The notes below the pieces were generated by a model. The model saw only the letters and a program-made list of their open reading frames with translations, was not told the origin of the DNA and did no database searches. 46,930 nt of DNA from Promethearchaeota archaeon (GTDB taxonomy: Archaea > Asgardarchaeota > Lokiarchaeia > Sigyniarchaeales > SOKP01): contig JAEOTR010000063.1 of the NCBI GenBank assembly GCA_016839705.1, positions 1-46,930 on the forward strand. Reading direction: 5' to 3'. The translations under genes were made by a program, and so were the position numbers. Each line of letters begins with the position of its first letter. Position 1 is the stretch's first letter. Shown here in pieces: positions 9,550 through 20,258 of the stretch.

Positions 9550-10878
9550 TCATTTGTTATTTTTTAGCTTTACAGGGTGATCTTCTGGGATATAAGGTTG
9601 TGCGTATCGGTTCACAATTTCGAAAAAATCCTTATCACTTACACCTTCACTCATTTTCTCTAACTCTCTCTTGACAATATTAAACGATTTTCGTAATTCT
9701 TCTTTAGAAGTCGTTTCATGCTTCATCTTCACTTCAGTGACAATCTTTCTAATTATTTCTTCTGGAATGTCTAAATCTAACACCTTTATTTTATCATGTA
9801 TGGCGTAAGTAATTGATTTTGTTCCTGAGAACTTCCCATAATAAAATTTTCTCCTCCGCCCTACCATATGAGGATTTATGGGTTCATAAGTTAGTGGATG
9901 AGCTAAAATAGCAGCAATATGAAGACCACTCTCATGTGAGAATGCATTATCTCCCACAATGGGTTTATATTGTGATAAGGGTTTACCAAAATATTTCTCA
10001 CACACATGGCTTAATTCGGGCATTCTCGTCAAATCTATTCCTGTTTTAATTCCTAATCTCTCTAATATAGTTGCAACTTCATCTAGAGCAGCATTCCCCG
10101 CACGTTCACCATATCCATTAATACAAGTATGAGGATATTGACAACCTTCTATAACACCTGTTATAGTATTTGCGACAGCTAAACCAAAATCATTATGTGT
10201 ATGAATCCCTATCGGTGTTTTTGTCTTTAAAGGATTAACTATTTCTTCTCTGATACGTTTAATTAAGTAAGAAGTGGATTGTGGAGTTAATACACCTACA
10301 GTGTCTCCTAATACAATACGTTCAGCTCCATATTCAATAGCAATACTAAAAACGTTTTTTAAATGCTCAAAATCACACCTAGTTCCATCCTCAGAGACCC
10401 AATTGACTTTAAGTCCGTTATCTTTAGCATATAGCATAGCAGTTCTTATTTGTTCTAGCTGTTGTTCCTCTTTTTGCTGTAATGTTTTTCTAAAAATAGC
10501 TGAAATTGGCATAAAAATTACAATTTCTTTAAGATCTGTATCAATACACGCGTCAATATCATCCTTTCTCGGTCTAGCGATTCCTAATATAGTGGAACTA
10601 TTAAAATTTTCATTTACAATTGTTTTAACTATTCTTTTCTCTGAATCTGATACTGCTGGAAATCCTACTGCAATTAATTTAACTCCAATTTCATCCATTA
10701 ATTTAGCTAAATGGATCTTTTCCTCAAGAGTTAAGTATACTGTAGGACTTTGTTCTCCATCACGTAATGTTTCATCCCAAATCTCAATTTTCTTGGGTAA
10801 ATCATAATCCCTGAGAGATATCTCGTTATAATCTACAAGGAGCTCTCGAAGCTCCTCCTTAGAGAATTTGTATGACAT
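9550..10878 (-). CDS. Homocitrate/isopropylmalate synthase family enzyme (DRE-TIM, AksA-like)
   Basis: DETLRDGEQ, HTHNDFGLAVAN, GYGERAGNA and HESGLH. No LeuA regulatory domain. Confidence 0.92.
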   Translation of the reverse strand: MSYKFSKEELRELLVDYNEISLRDYDLPKKIEIWDETLRDGEQSPTVYLTLEEKIHLAKLMDEIGVKLIAVGFPAVSDSEKRIVKTIVNENFNSSTILGIARPRKDDIDACIDTDLKEIVIFMPISAIFRKTLQQKEEQQLEQIRTAMLYAKDNGLKVNWVSEDGTRCDFEHLKNVFSIAIEYGAERIVLGDTVGVLTPQSTSYLIKRIREEIVNPLKTKTPIGIHTHNDFGLAVANTITGVIEGCQYPHTCINGYGERAGNAALDEVATILERLGIKTGIDLTRMPELSHVCEKYFGKPLSQYKPIVGDNAFSHESGLHIAAILAHPLTYEPINPHMVGRRRKFYYGKFSGTKSITYAIHDKIKVLDLDIPEEIIRKIVTEVKMKHETTSKEELRKSFNIVKRELEKMSEGVSDKDFFEIVNRYAQPYIPEDHPVKLKNNK

Positions 10879-11026
10879 AATTTAATCCAATTACATATTA
10901 ATGATAAATAAAATTAAGAAGAACAAATAAATTTCATTCAAGAAATATTTCACATAAAACAAGAGAAATTAGAATTAATTATTGCTTTAAAAAATATAAT
11001 TTTATCTACCACAAATAGGAGAAGAT

Positions 11027-11446
11027 CTATTTAATTACATCCGTAATAAAACATGTTTCTACAATTTTAATACCCTTAATCTGAGAGATTTTCTCTTCAA
11101 TTAGAGGATTAAATAACTCAATGCTCCCTATTTCAACCTTCATAAAAAGCCCACAATCTCCAGAAAGTCTCCATACATCAGTTATTTCTTCAATCTCTAG
11201 TAATTCTTTTATAATTCTTTTGATTTCTTTAAAGTCAGGCTCAACTTTCACAGTTGCTCTGGTACGAGGTTTATTATCAATGGAGAAATCGATAGTAAAC
11301 TTTTTAATTACTCCCTCTTCGGTTAATTTTTTTACTCGTCGTCTAACAGTTGCTTCTGTTTTTCCAACGTTTTCTGAAATATCATTAAAAGACATTCTAC
11401 TATTTTCTTTTAATAATTCTAATATTCTTATATCGACAATATCCAT
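11027..11446 (-). CDS. Lrp/AsnC transcriptional regulator (archaeal LysM-like)
   Basis: DIRILELLKENSRMSF...TVRRRVKKL HTH plus a RAM domain, upstream of the homocitrate synthase-family gene. Confidence 0.92.
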   Translation of the reverse strand: MDIVDIRILELLKENSRMSFNDISENVGKTEATVRRRVKKLTEEGVIKKFTIDFSIDNKPRTRATVKVEPDFKEIKRIIKELLEIEEITDVWRLSGDCGLFMKVEIGSIELFNPLIEEKISQIKGIKIVETCFITDVIK

Positions 11447-11789
11447 AATAATGAAATGATAATTTAATTTTAATATTTCTTTTGTAAAAATAATCTAACT
11501 TTATTATTAAATTTGATTATTATACTTATTAAATTCGCTTATATTTATTAAATACACAAAAAGGAATGTCTAAAAAGTCGTATTATAATATATCACCTTA
11601 TTAATAATTAATTGAATTGTGAAACATCCTTAATACTTAATAGTGAAAAGGCATACTTCCTACTATTATCTTTATTGTCTTAGAGAGGGAGGTTACAGTT
11701 CCAATGTTTATGCTATATTATGTTATTAGAATTAGAGGAGAATTAAAAAGTAAAAAAATAAGATATTGAAAAAAATACAATTATTTTTA

Positions 11790-14672
11790 TTATCTTCTTT
11801 TTGATAGAAATATTAAGACGATACTAACACACCCAAGAGCTAGAAAAATCGCACTACCAATAATAAAACCTAAACTCACCGTATTTGCGTAGGTGTATAC
11901 ATCAAGAGGTAAATTCAATTTCTCTTTCAAATGGGGTAGAGAATATTCTTCCTTGATATTAGCAGCCCATGCAATAATTGCTTCCATTTGAGTATCATCT
12001 AGATGGTGATATTCCTTTAATGTATCATACGCGCTCTTATATATTGATGCCATATACCATAAACCGTTTCCTTTTTGGGAAACAAGAGAATAAGAATTTC
12101 CTTCATTCCATAGTCTATTTGAAGTATAATAATCGATGTTACTTTGTAATGGAATACCTATTTCCCAGTCGGTAATAGAACTTAAACCAAAAGCGGGATC
12201 TAGATCAATCCCATTAACAAAGAGTGTCCCATTAGTCCATTGTCGATGGAATTCTAATCCCGCTAAATATGTCATGGTATATCCAGTTAAATCAGTTAAA
12301 ATATTCGGAACTACATTTTCTTTAAATGTAGTAAATAACCAGTTAAGAATCATGTCCATCTGAGTCGAGTCTAAACTAAATAACGCGATTAAATCATTTT
12401 TTACCGTCAAATCTCCATTAAATGCATCTATCCACTGTAAAATTCCATAATTATCGATAAATGAAGAGGAATTATCTGTATCAAAGAGTGCTAATGCTGA
12501 GTTATATGAAATGTTAGATTCAATGGGAAGACCCACTTCAAATCCTTTAAGTCCATCACCAAAATCGATTCCACTAGGTATAACGGTACCATTTGCCCAT
12601 TGCTCTAAAAATAATATCCCCGCATAATCACCTGTAGTCAACCTATATCCAAGAGGTTGTTGAACGATAAAAACTATCGGGGTAAGACTATTTTTCGCAC
12701 TTCCAACTATCCAACTATATAATAGATTAAATTGAGTCTGAGTCAAGTTAAAAGTAGCATTTAACTGATCCTGAATAGTACTGTTACCTCTTGCAGCTTT
12801 GTACCACTTTAAAATACCCGTTTCATTTACAATCCCATCTGAATTCAATGGATCCCAAAGACTCTGAGTTATATTTAATTCAATATCGGTGGTTGTTGGA
12901 ATTCCTGCTTCAAATCCTACTTTGGAAATTACTGCAATAATAGTATCTAATAGATAATCCTGAAGGTATTGTCCAAGAGGTAAGAGCTGAGTTGCCCAAG
13001 TTGCATTGTATGTCGTTTCCATTAAAGATCGATTTGTACCTATATTCAAATATGCTGAGTCGTAGAAATCAAGCCAGTTTAGCAAACCAAAGCCAGAATC
13101 TAACGAAGTGAATATTCCTGGTGCATCTTCATAACCATCTAATAATCTATCTTGAGCTGTGGCTGTATAGTTAAGACTATATGTGCTGCTAGAATTGTAT
13201 TCCGATACACCCTTTATGCTATATGAAAAATTAACCCGAAATCCAAAATCGTTGAAGAATGAATCCCTTGCAAAGGTTTCATTAAACCTTGTAATCATTG
13301 AATCAATTACATCTGCTATTTCATTAGCCGCACCTTGTGCTTTTGAGAGATCTCCTAATTCAGCACTTAATTCATTGATTTCGATTCCGCCTGTAAAAAT
13401 CGAGCCATTAGCCCATTGTTTGTAAAAATCTATTAACGTAGCAGTCTCCATTGTTAAGTCTTCCAAAGCTAGTTGGGCAGGAACACTAACTATCCAACTA
13501 TATAGGACTATATACGCAGTTAAATTGTTTAATTGAGAAAGCGTGGCATTATATTGTGCTTGCATAGTTGCATTTCCCGATGTTTCTGTGTAATAATCTA
13601 GATAATTTAGAAGACCTTGACCTAAGAAAATGCTTGTTAATATTCCTGGAGCATCTTCATATCCATATAATATCCTTTGTTGAGCTAATGCACTGTAACT
13701 AAGGTTACCCGATGCTACATACTCCGAAATGCCTAAAATAGGGGTAGTACCATTGGTAGTGACCGACCAATTATCATCATTGAAGAATAGTTCCCTAGAT
13801 TCCGCTGTAGCATAAGCAGTTGGGGATATGGTATTATTCCATGTTTGAGGGATAACTGATGGCCATAAATAATTAGAAACATAATTTGCTAAAGATGTGA
13901 GTTGGTTCCATGTCGAATTGTAAGCATTTTGCATACTGACATTGTAAGTAGCTGGATCAATGGTTGCGTTTTCATATAATTCTATAAATTCTAACATCCC
14001 AGTCCCATTTACAATATCTTCAATTAAACCGGGATAACTAAGATTTCCATATAACAAGCTTTGTTGTGCATTAACAGTGAAATTTAGACTATAGGTGCTA
14101 CTTGAAGCGTATTCGGACACACCCTTGATTGTAGTCCCATTAACCGAAGCATTTTCATAACTAACTTGGAATGTATAATTGTTAAAAAATGCATCTCTAG
14201 CAACAGCAGCGGTCGTTGAATAATTAGCTATAACTTCTTCTAAAGTTTCATAAATGATCTGTGCTGATAAAGGACCATTGATATTGTCAAGAATATCATC
14301 AGACACAACTTTAAGACTGTCGTGTATAAGATAACCAGTCATTGATCCTAATCTTCTATCCACAAATAATGGCATTGTGAGATTTTTAAGAAATAAAAGA
14401 GTACTGGGAGTAAAAAGAACCTCAACAATTTCATCTTTTATATTTCTCGTTTCCTGATTCTTAATCTCTGGTAGAAGTTCTGTTATTCCTAAACCAAGAT
14501 ACTGGGCCTCGATTTCTGATATAGCTTCTTCTTGAATGTGCAAAAGAGTACTCGGTGTGTTTTCTCTTACTTGATCTCTAATAAAACCGTTAGTAATAAA
14601 ACCAGTTGGTATCAAGCCAATACCAATTGCTATTAAAATAACAGAAATATTTATTTTTGATTTATTAAACAT
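11790..14672 (-). CDS. Large cell-surface repeat protein anchored by N- and C-terminal TM helices
   Basis: Hydrophobic helices at both ends with a basic SKRR tail. Many N-x-S/T sequons. Two internal repeat types: FFN..GVSEY..AQ..LL.G..PG x3 and QWxNG..GI..E.G.P x3. Confidence 0.8.
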   Translation of the reverse strand: MFNKSKINISVILIAIGIGLIPTGFITNGFIRDQVRENTPSTLLHIQEEAISEIEAQYLGLGITELLPEIKNQETRNIKDEIVEVLFTPSTLLFLKNLTMPLFVDRRLGSMTGYLIHDSLKVVSDDILDNINGPLSAQIIYETLEEVIANYSTTAAVARDAFFNNYTFQVSYENASVNGTTIKGVSEYASSSTYSLNFTVNAQQSLLYGNLSYPGLIEDIVNGTGMLEFIELYENATIDPATYNVSMQNAYNSTWNQLTSLANYVSNYLWPSVIPQTWNNTISPTAYATAESRELFFNDDNWSVTTNGTTPILGISEYVASGNLSYSALAQQRILYGYEDAPGILTSIFLGQGLLNYLDYYTETSGNATMQAQYNATLSQLNNLTAYIVLYSWIVSVPAQLALEDLTMETATLIDFYKQWANGSIFTGGIEINELSAELGDLSKAQGAANEIADVIDSMITRFNETFARDSFFNDFGFRVNFSYSIKGVSEYNSSSTYSLNYTATAQDRLLDGYEDAPGIFTSLDSGFGLLNWLDFYDSAYLNIGTNRSLMETTYNATWATQLLPLGQYLQDYLLDTIIAVISKVGFEAGIPTTTDIELNITQSLWDPLNSDGIVNETGILKWYKAARGNSTIQDQLNATFNLTQTQFNLLYSWIVGSAKNSLTPIVFIVQQPLGYRLTTGDYAGILFLEQWANGTVIPSGIDFGDGLKGFEVGLPIESNISYNSALALFDTDNSSSFIDNYGILQWIDAFNGDLTVKNDLIALFSLDSTQMDMILNWLFTTFKENVVPNILTDLTGYTMTYLAGLEFHRQWTNGTLFVNGIDLDPAFGLSSITDWEIGIPLQSNIDYYTSNRLWNEGNSYSLVSQKGNGLWYMASIYKSAYDTLKEYHHLDDTQMEAIIAWAANIKEEYSLPHLKEKLNLPLDVYTYANTVSLGFIIGSAIFLALGCVSIVLIFLSKRR

Positions 14673-14880
14673 AATAAATATTTTGTTCTGTATAATATAA
14701 AATTTATCAATAAATAAACAATTGATCTGTTTATTACAATTCTAAATTTGAGAGGATTAGAATATCACAAACTAAAGCAAACTAAATTTAAGGTAATATG
14801 TTTGAAAAAGAAACATTAATTCTAATATCAAAAATTCTCTAATCATAAAAAAAAAACTTTTTTATACAGTTTATATTAAA

Positions 14881-15462
14881 ATGATTAATATGGAAAAACA
14901 AACAATTATTAATTTGGTAATTCCGTTTGTATTTATAGCGAGTATTTATTCTGGAGTATTCTATAATTTCGCAATATGGTTTGAATACAGCATATTTACA
15001 ACATATTGGTCATTTTTTGTTACTGAATCAACGTTTACAACCATTATGTCATTTACATTTATTATTTTTGCTTTAGTTCTACTGCTTTCCATATATTTTT
15101 TAGATAAAATAATCTCCAAACCACTTATGACATTTAGTATTATTTTAATTGGATTCTGTTGCATCTATAGTAGTTTTACATATGTGATAGAGTGGTACTT
15201 TCTCTACTTTTTCCTAATGGGGGTGTCTATTGCATATCTTACACCTTGTCTTTTGAAGTTAACAACTGAAATAATACGTCCCAAGGTTGGGAAGGAACCT
15301 TACAAGTATTCATTCGCTTTAATTATAGTCGCTTGGCTAATTCTTTCAGCAACATTGATCTATTTCCTAGGGGATTTTTATCCAAAATCTTCATGGAGGA
15401 TTCTTTATTTGATTACAGGAATAATAAATATCGCAGCATCACCATTAATTAGCACCTTATAA
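14881..15462 (+). CDS. Six-TM membrane protein resembling half an MFS transporter
   Basis: About six hydrophobic segments, FFLMGVS and SWRILYLITG. Confidence 0.6.
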   Translation: MINMEKQTIINLVIPFVFIASIYSGVFYNFAIWFEYSIFTTYWSFFVTESTFTTIMSFTFIIFALVLLLSIYFLDKIISKPLMTFSIILIGFCCIYSSFTYVIEWYFLYFFLMGVSIAYLTPCLLKLTTEIIRPKVGKEPYKYSFALIIVAWLILSATLIYFLGDFYPKSSWRILYLITGIINIAASPLISTL

Positions 15463-15713
15463 ATTATCTAAATTAATATCCCATTTTATACTTAAATACG
15501 GAATTATTGAAAATCTCATATATCAATTTTTGTTATTCTTGCCTTTCTTCATTTCTTAAATTATTAATTTAGAATAAATAGAAGTTGATATAAAAATTCA
15601 TTAATAGCAAAAAAGTAATTACTAATCACTTTTAAAAGAAATCATAGTAATAATTATATTATTAGAGAGTTTATAATTCTTCAATTTATACTTATGGGGA
15701 ATGCAGCAAATTT

Positions 15714-16514
15714 ATGTCAAAAGAGATTCCAGATAACGTAAAGGATTCCTTACGAGCAATAGGACTTACTGATTATGAGATATCTATTTATCTTACCCTT
15801 ATTAGTAAGGGCCCTATGGATGCTAGAGAACTTTCCGAAGCTTCTGGGGTTCCTTATTCAAGAATATACAATATATTAACTCAACTTGATAAAGAAAAAA
15901 TGTGGATAATTAAGGAAGAAGAAAGCCGCCCAAGTAGATATTTTGCCAAATCGCCAGATGAGGCTCTCATTATTGCAAAAAAGCAATATAGCGATAGTTT
16001 TAACGAGCATTCAAATAGAATAATCCAAATGCTCAGCCCAATTTACCAATCTCATGACACTCCTATAAAAATCGCTTTATATATTCATAGAGGCAGAGAT
16101 GTGTGTATAAATAAAGCTTTATCATTAATCAATTTAGCAAAGAATTCAATCTATCTAGTATCAACCAAATTAGACTTTCTTGAAGTATTCTATGAAGATA
16201 TTAAGAAAGCAAGAGCTAGAGGTGTCACAGATTTGAGACTACTCGTCGAAGCTAAGGCTCTAGACGATAAAAATTTTCAACCAATCCTTAAAAAATATGA
16301 TTCTCTCTGTGAAATTAAATGGCGAGACCAAATTTTTGGAAGTGCTGTGATTGTTGATGAAGGAGAAGATGCGTTTATTATACTTTCTGAGAGTTTTTTC
16401 CCCGAGAAAATGTCATATTTTGGAGTAGCAACTGATCATGTAGCTTTTGGACCTGCATCACTATATTATTATGATTATCTTTACAAATCTGCTAACATTA
16501 CTAATTTGGATTAA
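15714..16514 (+). CDS. TrmB family transcriptional regulator
   Basis: GLTDYEISIYLTL and ELSEASGVPYSRIYNIL wHTH, plus a PLD-like effector domain. Confidence 0.92.
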   Translation: MSKEIPDNVKDSLRAIGLTDYEISIYLTLISKGPMDARELSEASGVPYSRIYNILTQLDKEKMWIIKEEESRPSRYFAKSPDEALIIAKKQYSDSFNEHSNRIIQMLSPIYQSHDTPIKIALYIHRGRDVCINKALSLINLAKNSIYLVSTKLDFLEVFYEDIKKARARGVTDLRLLVEAKALDDKNFQPILKKYDSLCEIKWRDQIFGSAVIVDEGEDAFIILSESFFPEKMSYFGVATDHVAFGPASLYYYDYLYKSANITNLD

Positions 16515-16580
16515 TTTCAATTAAGAGTTAAGGTCAAATTCTTTTTCTTAATTAAAAAGTAAAATGAAAAGTACTATTAA

Positions 16581-16880
16581 TTACCATTTTATACTTATCG
16601 CATTCTCAGGACACACATCAACACATTTAAAACAACGTGTACAAAGTGAACCCCATTGAGGTGTTATTCTCCACCTTTGTGGATCATAGGGATCTTTATA
16701 ATCTAAATCTAATGCAGAATGCATCATAAAAACTGCGGGATCGCAAGCCTTAAGGCATTTACAGCAATCTCTAGGATCTACCTTTCCATCTTCGCCACAA
16801 ATTGAATAATCAATTCTAATTTTGGTTCTCTTTTCCTTTAATGGTTTTTTCAATTTTTTGGTTTTAACTTTGCTTCCCAT
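16581..16880 (-). CDS. Ferredoxin-like 4Fe-4S protein
   Basis: CxxCxxxC and CTRCFKCVDVCP motifs. Confidence 0.85.
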   Translation of the reverse strand: MGSKVKTKKLKKPLKEKRTKIRIDYSICGEDGKVDPRDCCKCLKACDPAVFMMHSALDLDYKDPYDPQRWRITPQWGSLCTRCFKCVDVCPENAISIKW

Positions 16881-16892
16881 AACAACACCTTT

Positions 16893-17765
16893 CTAATATT
16901 CTCCATTATATCCGGGGTATTCTTCCCTCGGAATTAATTTCAACGCATCATTTTTACAAGCATGTCGACACACTCCACAACCAATACATACATCATAATT
17001 TACAACTACTCTTTTCATTGAAGGAATATATCTTAAAGCTCCAAGTTGACACATAGAAATACATGATTGACAACCCTGACAATTATCTTGGTTTAAATCG
17101 ATTATATACTCCGCTTTATACATAATATTAAGATCAAAACTATTTCTGAGAGTAAAAGCTCCACATTCCGGATTTTCACATGAACATATCGCATTTATAT
17201 AAGGTACTGGCTGAAACCACACCGATGCTATATATCCTTTCTTATTATTTTCTTCGAGTTGCCTCACAGCTGCTTCACGATCTAGTCTTACAGTTCTATC
17301 TTTTGGTATAAATCGAGGAAGCTTTTCAATAACCTCAGATAAAACTCCAAAATTGATACAAACAGCTTCTTTTTCTCCTCTTCTTTGCCAACGACACATG
17401 CAGTAATTACAAATTATCGGTTCTGCTGCTAATTCAGAAAGAATAATTTTACCATCTTCAAGAGGTATAACTTGTCCAAAATGACCATCTGCTCTAATCC
17501 CTTTTCTGTTTTTCTTTTGACTGTGGATCATGCCCTCAGCCATATTACGAAGTATTCTACCTATTATTGGCATTTTTAATTTATAACCCAAATCTGTTGA
17601 AGAAAATCCCATGATCTTTCTAATATATACTTGTTCATAATTCAGCCATTGTTCGCTTAAATAATCCTTGAGATTCATCTCATCGGCAAGTTGATCAGAA
17701 TAATTTTTCGCATTCATGTACCATTTCTCACCATTCGTTCCGTGAGAAAAACACCATTTACACAT
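16893..17765 (-). CDS. 4Fe-4S dicluster protein
   Basis: CQGCQSCISMC and CIGCGVCRHAC, plus CxCR and ICSC..C motifs. Confidence 0.87.
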   Translation of the reverse strand: MCKWCFSHGTNGEKWYMNAKNYSDQLADEMNLKDYLSEQWLNYEQVYIRKIMGFSSTDLGYKLKMPIIGRILRNMAEGMIHSQKKNRKGIRADGHFGQVIPLEDGKIILSELAAEPIICNYCMCRWQRRGEKEAVCINFGVLSEVIEKLPRFIPKDRTVRLDREAAVRQLEENNKKGYIASVWFQPVPYINAICSCENPECGAFTLRNSFDLNIMYKAEYIIDLNQDNCQGCQSCISMCQLGALRYIPSMKRVVVNYDVCIGCGVCRHACKNDALKLIPREEYPGYNGEY

Positions 17766-17941
17766 TTCTTAAATCCCCTAATTTTAACTATATTTTTATC
17801 AATATATTTTAGATTTAATACTATATAACTTAAAACTTTTAATTTCTAAATTTGACCTTCAAGTATATGATTGTAGAACCTATTACAACTCTGTGAATAA
17901 TTTAAGAATAATATAATAAAAAGAGAAAAAACTTAATTTAT

Positions 17942-18397
17942 TCATTTTAAAAATGTTCTCTTCCCTAAGTAAATGAAAAGCTCCGCTAGTTCGAAGAGGG
18001 TTAAGGGCATTACTAAATTTGCCATATCAGTACGAAGTTCTTCCTTATCTCTGCCAGAAAGGATTAATGTCCTTATATCTTCAACATAATCATCCATATT
18101 CAAAAACAATATTTCTATTTTATCAACACCTGTCAGTTCCTCAATATCTTTGTCTAAATGTTCTTCTACATCATTAAGTAACCCCAACTTCAAATTAGGA
18201 TTCAGATCATACTTGATTATAAGTTTATTCATCTCTTCGATAATAATATTTAAACTTAAGTTCCAATCTGCATTTTCCTTATATTTAGGAATTAAAATAT
18301 CACTAATAATGATTTCAAAAAGCGTTGTCGGGGCTTTATCATCAAACTCTACTTCTGCCCCCGTACTTAATTTTACTTTCTTAAGATCTTCACTCAT
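17942..18397 (-). CDS. Hypothetical acidic helical protein
   Basis: Open frame. Probable start MSEDLKK. Confidence 0.6.
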   Translation of the reverse strand: MSEDLKKVKLSTGAEVEFDDKAPTTLFEIIISDILIPKYKENADWNLSLNIIIEEMNKLIIKYDLNPNLKLGLLNDVEEHLDKDIEELTGVDKIEILFLNMDDYVEDIRTLILSGRDKEELRTDMANLVMPLTLFELAELFIYLGKRTFLK

Positions 18398-18577
18398 AAC
18401 CAATCTCAACTCTAATCGCAAATTATTATAATCCTTAATAATTAATGGATTAAGATTTAATAAATATTTTTACTCATCATTATATTTAAAAAGTTAACAC
18501 AGGAATTACTTTCTTTAATCTATTGAGGAAATGATATGGTAACTTTATTTTGAGTAAGGAAAGTAGAAAAAGCAAAA

Positions 18578-18713
18578 AATCGGAAACCATGAATCTTAAA
18601 ATTTAAAAAGAGGAGACGTAATTTATCTAATAACAGGGTTAAGGGTTGAGGTATTTAGCCGATTGCTCGACTTTAGGTATAAGAATATATTGTCGTTTCA
18701 TGGTCTACCGATC
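18578..18713 (-). ncRNA. Candidate ~135-nt structured RNA
   Basis: 5' GAUCGGUAGACCAUGAA pairs with 3' UUCAUGGUUUCCGAUU (16 bp, G-U pairs, one bulged U). TATA-like TTTAAATA at 18748-18755 upstream and U-tracts downstream. Confidence 0.4.
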
Positions 18714-18865
18714 TTTTATTTTAACAATATATATTGAAATTTTCTACTATTTAAAAATTTCCTTTTTGTCGTGTGAAAAAATCGAAATGTTTGTGAAATT
18801 AGTTTATTTGAACTTATAGTGGTGAAAACCATTAAAGAGAGATGTGACAAAATGGTACATTCTAG

Positions 18866-20059
18866 CTAAGATTTATTTAAATTAGGAAGGAATTTCTCAT
18901 TCGACAACTCAACAAGTGAATTGGAATACTCCATTATTTTTTTCGCGATTTCTGGGTTTTTGAGCATTTGAACTGCTACTTTTTCACCCCTATCCCATAG
19001 TAAATATGGTGTATCTTCATAAGGTACCTTTTCTTTAACTTCTTTTATCCAACTATCTGGTAATTCATTTGGTAAATCTATATCAAGCATTTTCGCTAAA
19101 AATATTGACCAAGCTCTTGGTACAACGGTCATTAAATAACCTCCTCCTCCTACAGCGAGCCATTTATTGTGACAATATTCACGGGCGCAAGTCTTGAGTG
19201 TTTGGGCGATGTCCCTATAGCCTGATAATGAAAAACCCATCTGAGTTAAGGGATCATCAAAATAAGTATCTACTCCTAACTGAGTTATTAAAATGTCTGG
19301 TTTATATGCTTCTAATAATTTCGGTGTTGTTCTTCGGAATAATTTTATGAATGTTTTGCTATTTGTCCCAGGTACCAGAGGAAAATTAATTGAATAACCT
19401 TTACCTTCCCCTTCCCCGATTTCATTAATGAATCCCGTCCCTGGAAAGAGAAATCGTCCATCTTGATGATATGATATAGTTAATACATTTGGATCTTCAT
19501 AGAATAACCATTGGACTCCATCACCATGGTGACAGTCAATATCAACATAGGCAATTCTTATATTTTCTTTTAAGGTTTTCAAATGATGGATTGCTACAGC
19601 GATATCGTTAAAAATACAAAATCCTGATGCTTTTTCTTTCCCTGCATGGTGAAGGCCTCCTGCAATGTTAAAAACAACTTTAAATTCCTCATCATTCCAG
19701 ACTTTATCAGCTGCAATGATACTTCCTCCTGACACTAAGGCCGCAGCCTCATACATACCTTTAAAAATGGGATTGTCTCCCGGACCTAAACCATAGATGT
19801 AAGGAGGAATTGTTCTATCACTTGGATCTATACTTAATTTTTTAATAATATCCACGTATTTTGGTGAATGCGCACGTTCTAGCTCCTCTCTCGTCGCTAA
19901 TCGAGGTTTAAAAAGCTCGAGCCTCTCATTTTCTAAAAGTTTTAGTTTCTCCATTAAACTATATGTTAATTTGAGTCTAAGTGGTCTAAAGGGGTGATCT
20001 CCCCCGAAATCATATTTTAGAAAATCTTCAGAGTAAATTAATCCAACTTTCTCCACCAT
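18866..20059 (-). CDS. acuC: Zn-dependent deacetylase, class I HDAC/AcuC family
   Basis: HPFRPLR, GGLHHA, SGFCIFND, DIDCHHGDGVQ, FPGTG, DPL and GGGGY. Confidence 0.93.
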   Translation of the reverse strand: MVEKVGLIYSEDFLKYDFGGDHPFRPLRLKLTYSLMEKLKLLENERLELFKPRLATREELERAHSPKYVDIIKKLSIDPSDRTIPPYIYGLGPGDNPIFKGMYEAAALVSGGSIIAADKVWNDEEFKVVFNIAGGLHHAGKEKASGFCIFNDIAVAIHHLKTLKENIRIAYVDIDCHHGDGVQWLFYEDPNVLTISYHQDGRFLFPGTGFINEIGEGEGKGYSINFPLVPGTNSKTFIKLFRRTTPKLLEAYKPDILITQLGVDTYFDDPLTQMGFSLSGYRDIAQTLKTCAREYCHNKWLAVGGGGYLMTVVPRAWSIFLAKMLDIDLPNELPDSWIKEVKEKVPYEDTPYLLWDRGEKVAVQMLKNPEIAKKIMEYSNSLVELSNEKFLPNLNKS

Positions 20060-20258
20060 GATAGTGATTATAATCTAAATTCTTATTAATTTTTTTTAAA
20101 TATATTTTATAAGCTATATTCTGTAGGCCTTTAGCACAATTGATAAAACCAAGAAAAAAGAAGTAATATATAAGAGAAATTGTATTATCAAAATATCATA
20201 AGAAAAAATAAATATTTTTGTATAGAATTCATATAAAATTAATTTCTAACTTTTCAAC

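Noticed and set aside
15610-15650. AGTAATTACT palindrome upstream of the TrmB gene
   Set aside because: Short and AT-rich, so not distinguishable from chance without comparative data.
18586-18620. ATGA...GGAG as a possible SECIS element on the plus strand
   Set aside because: The helix is far too short and no nearby gene has a plausible in-frame Sec TGA.
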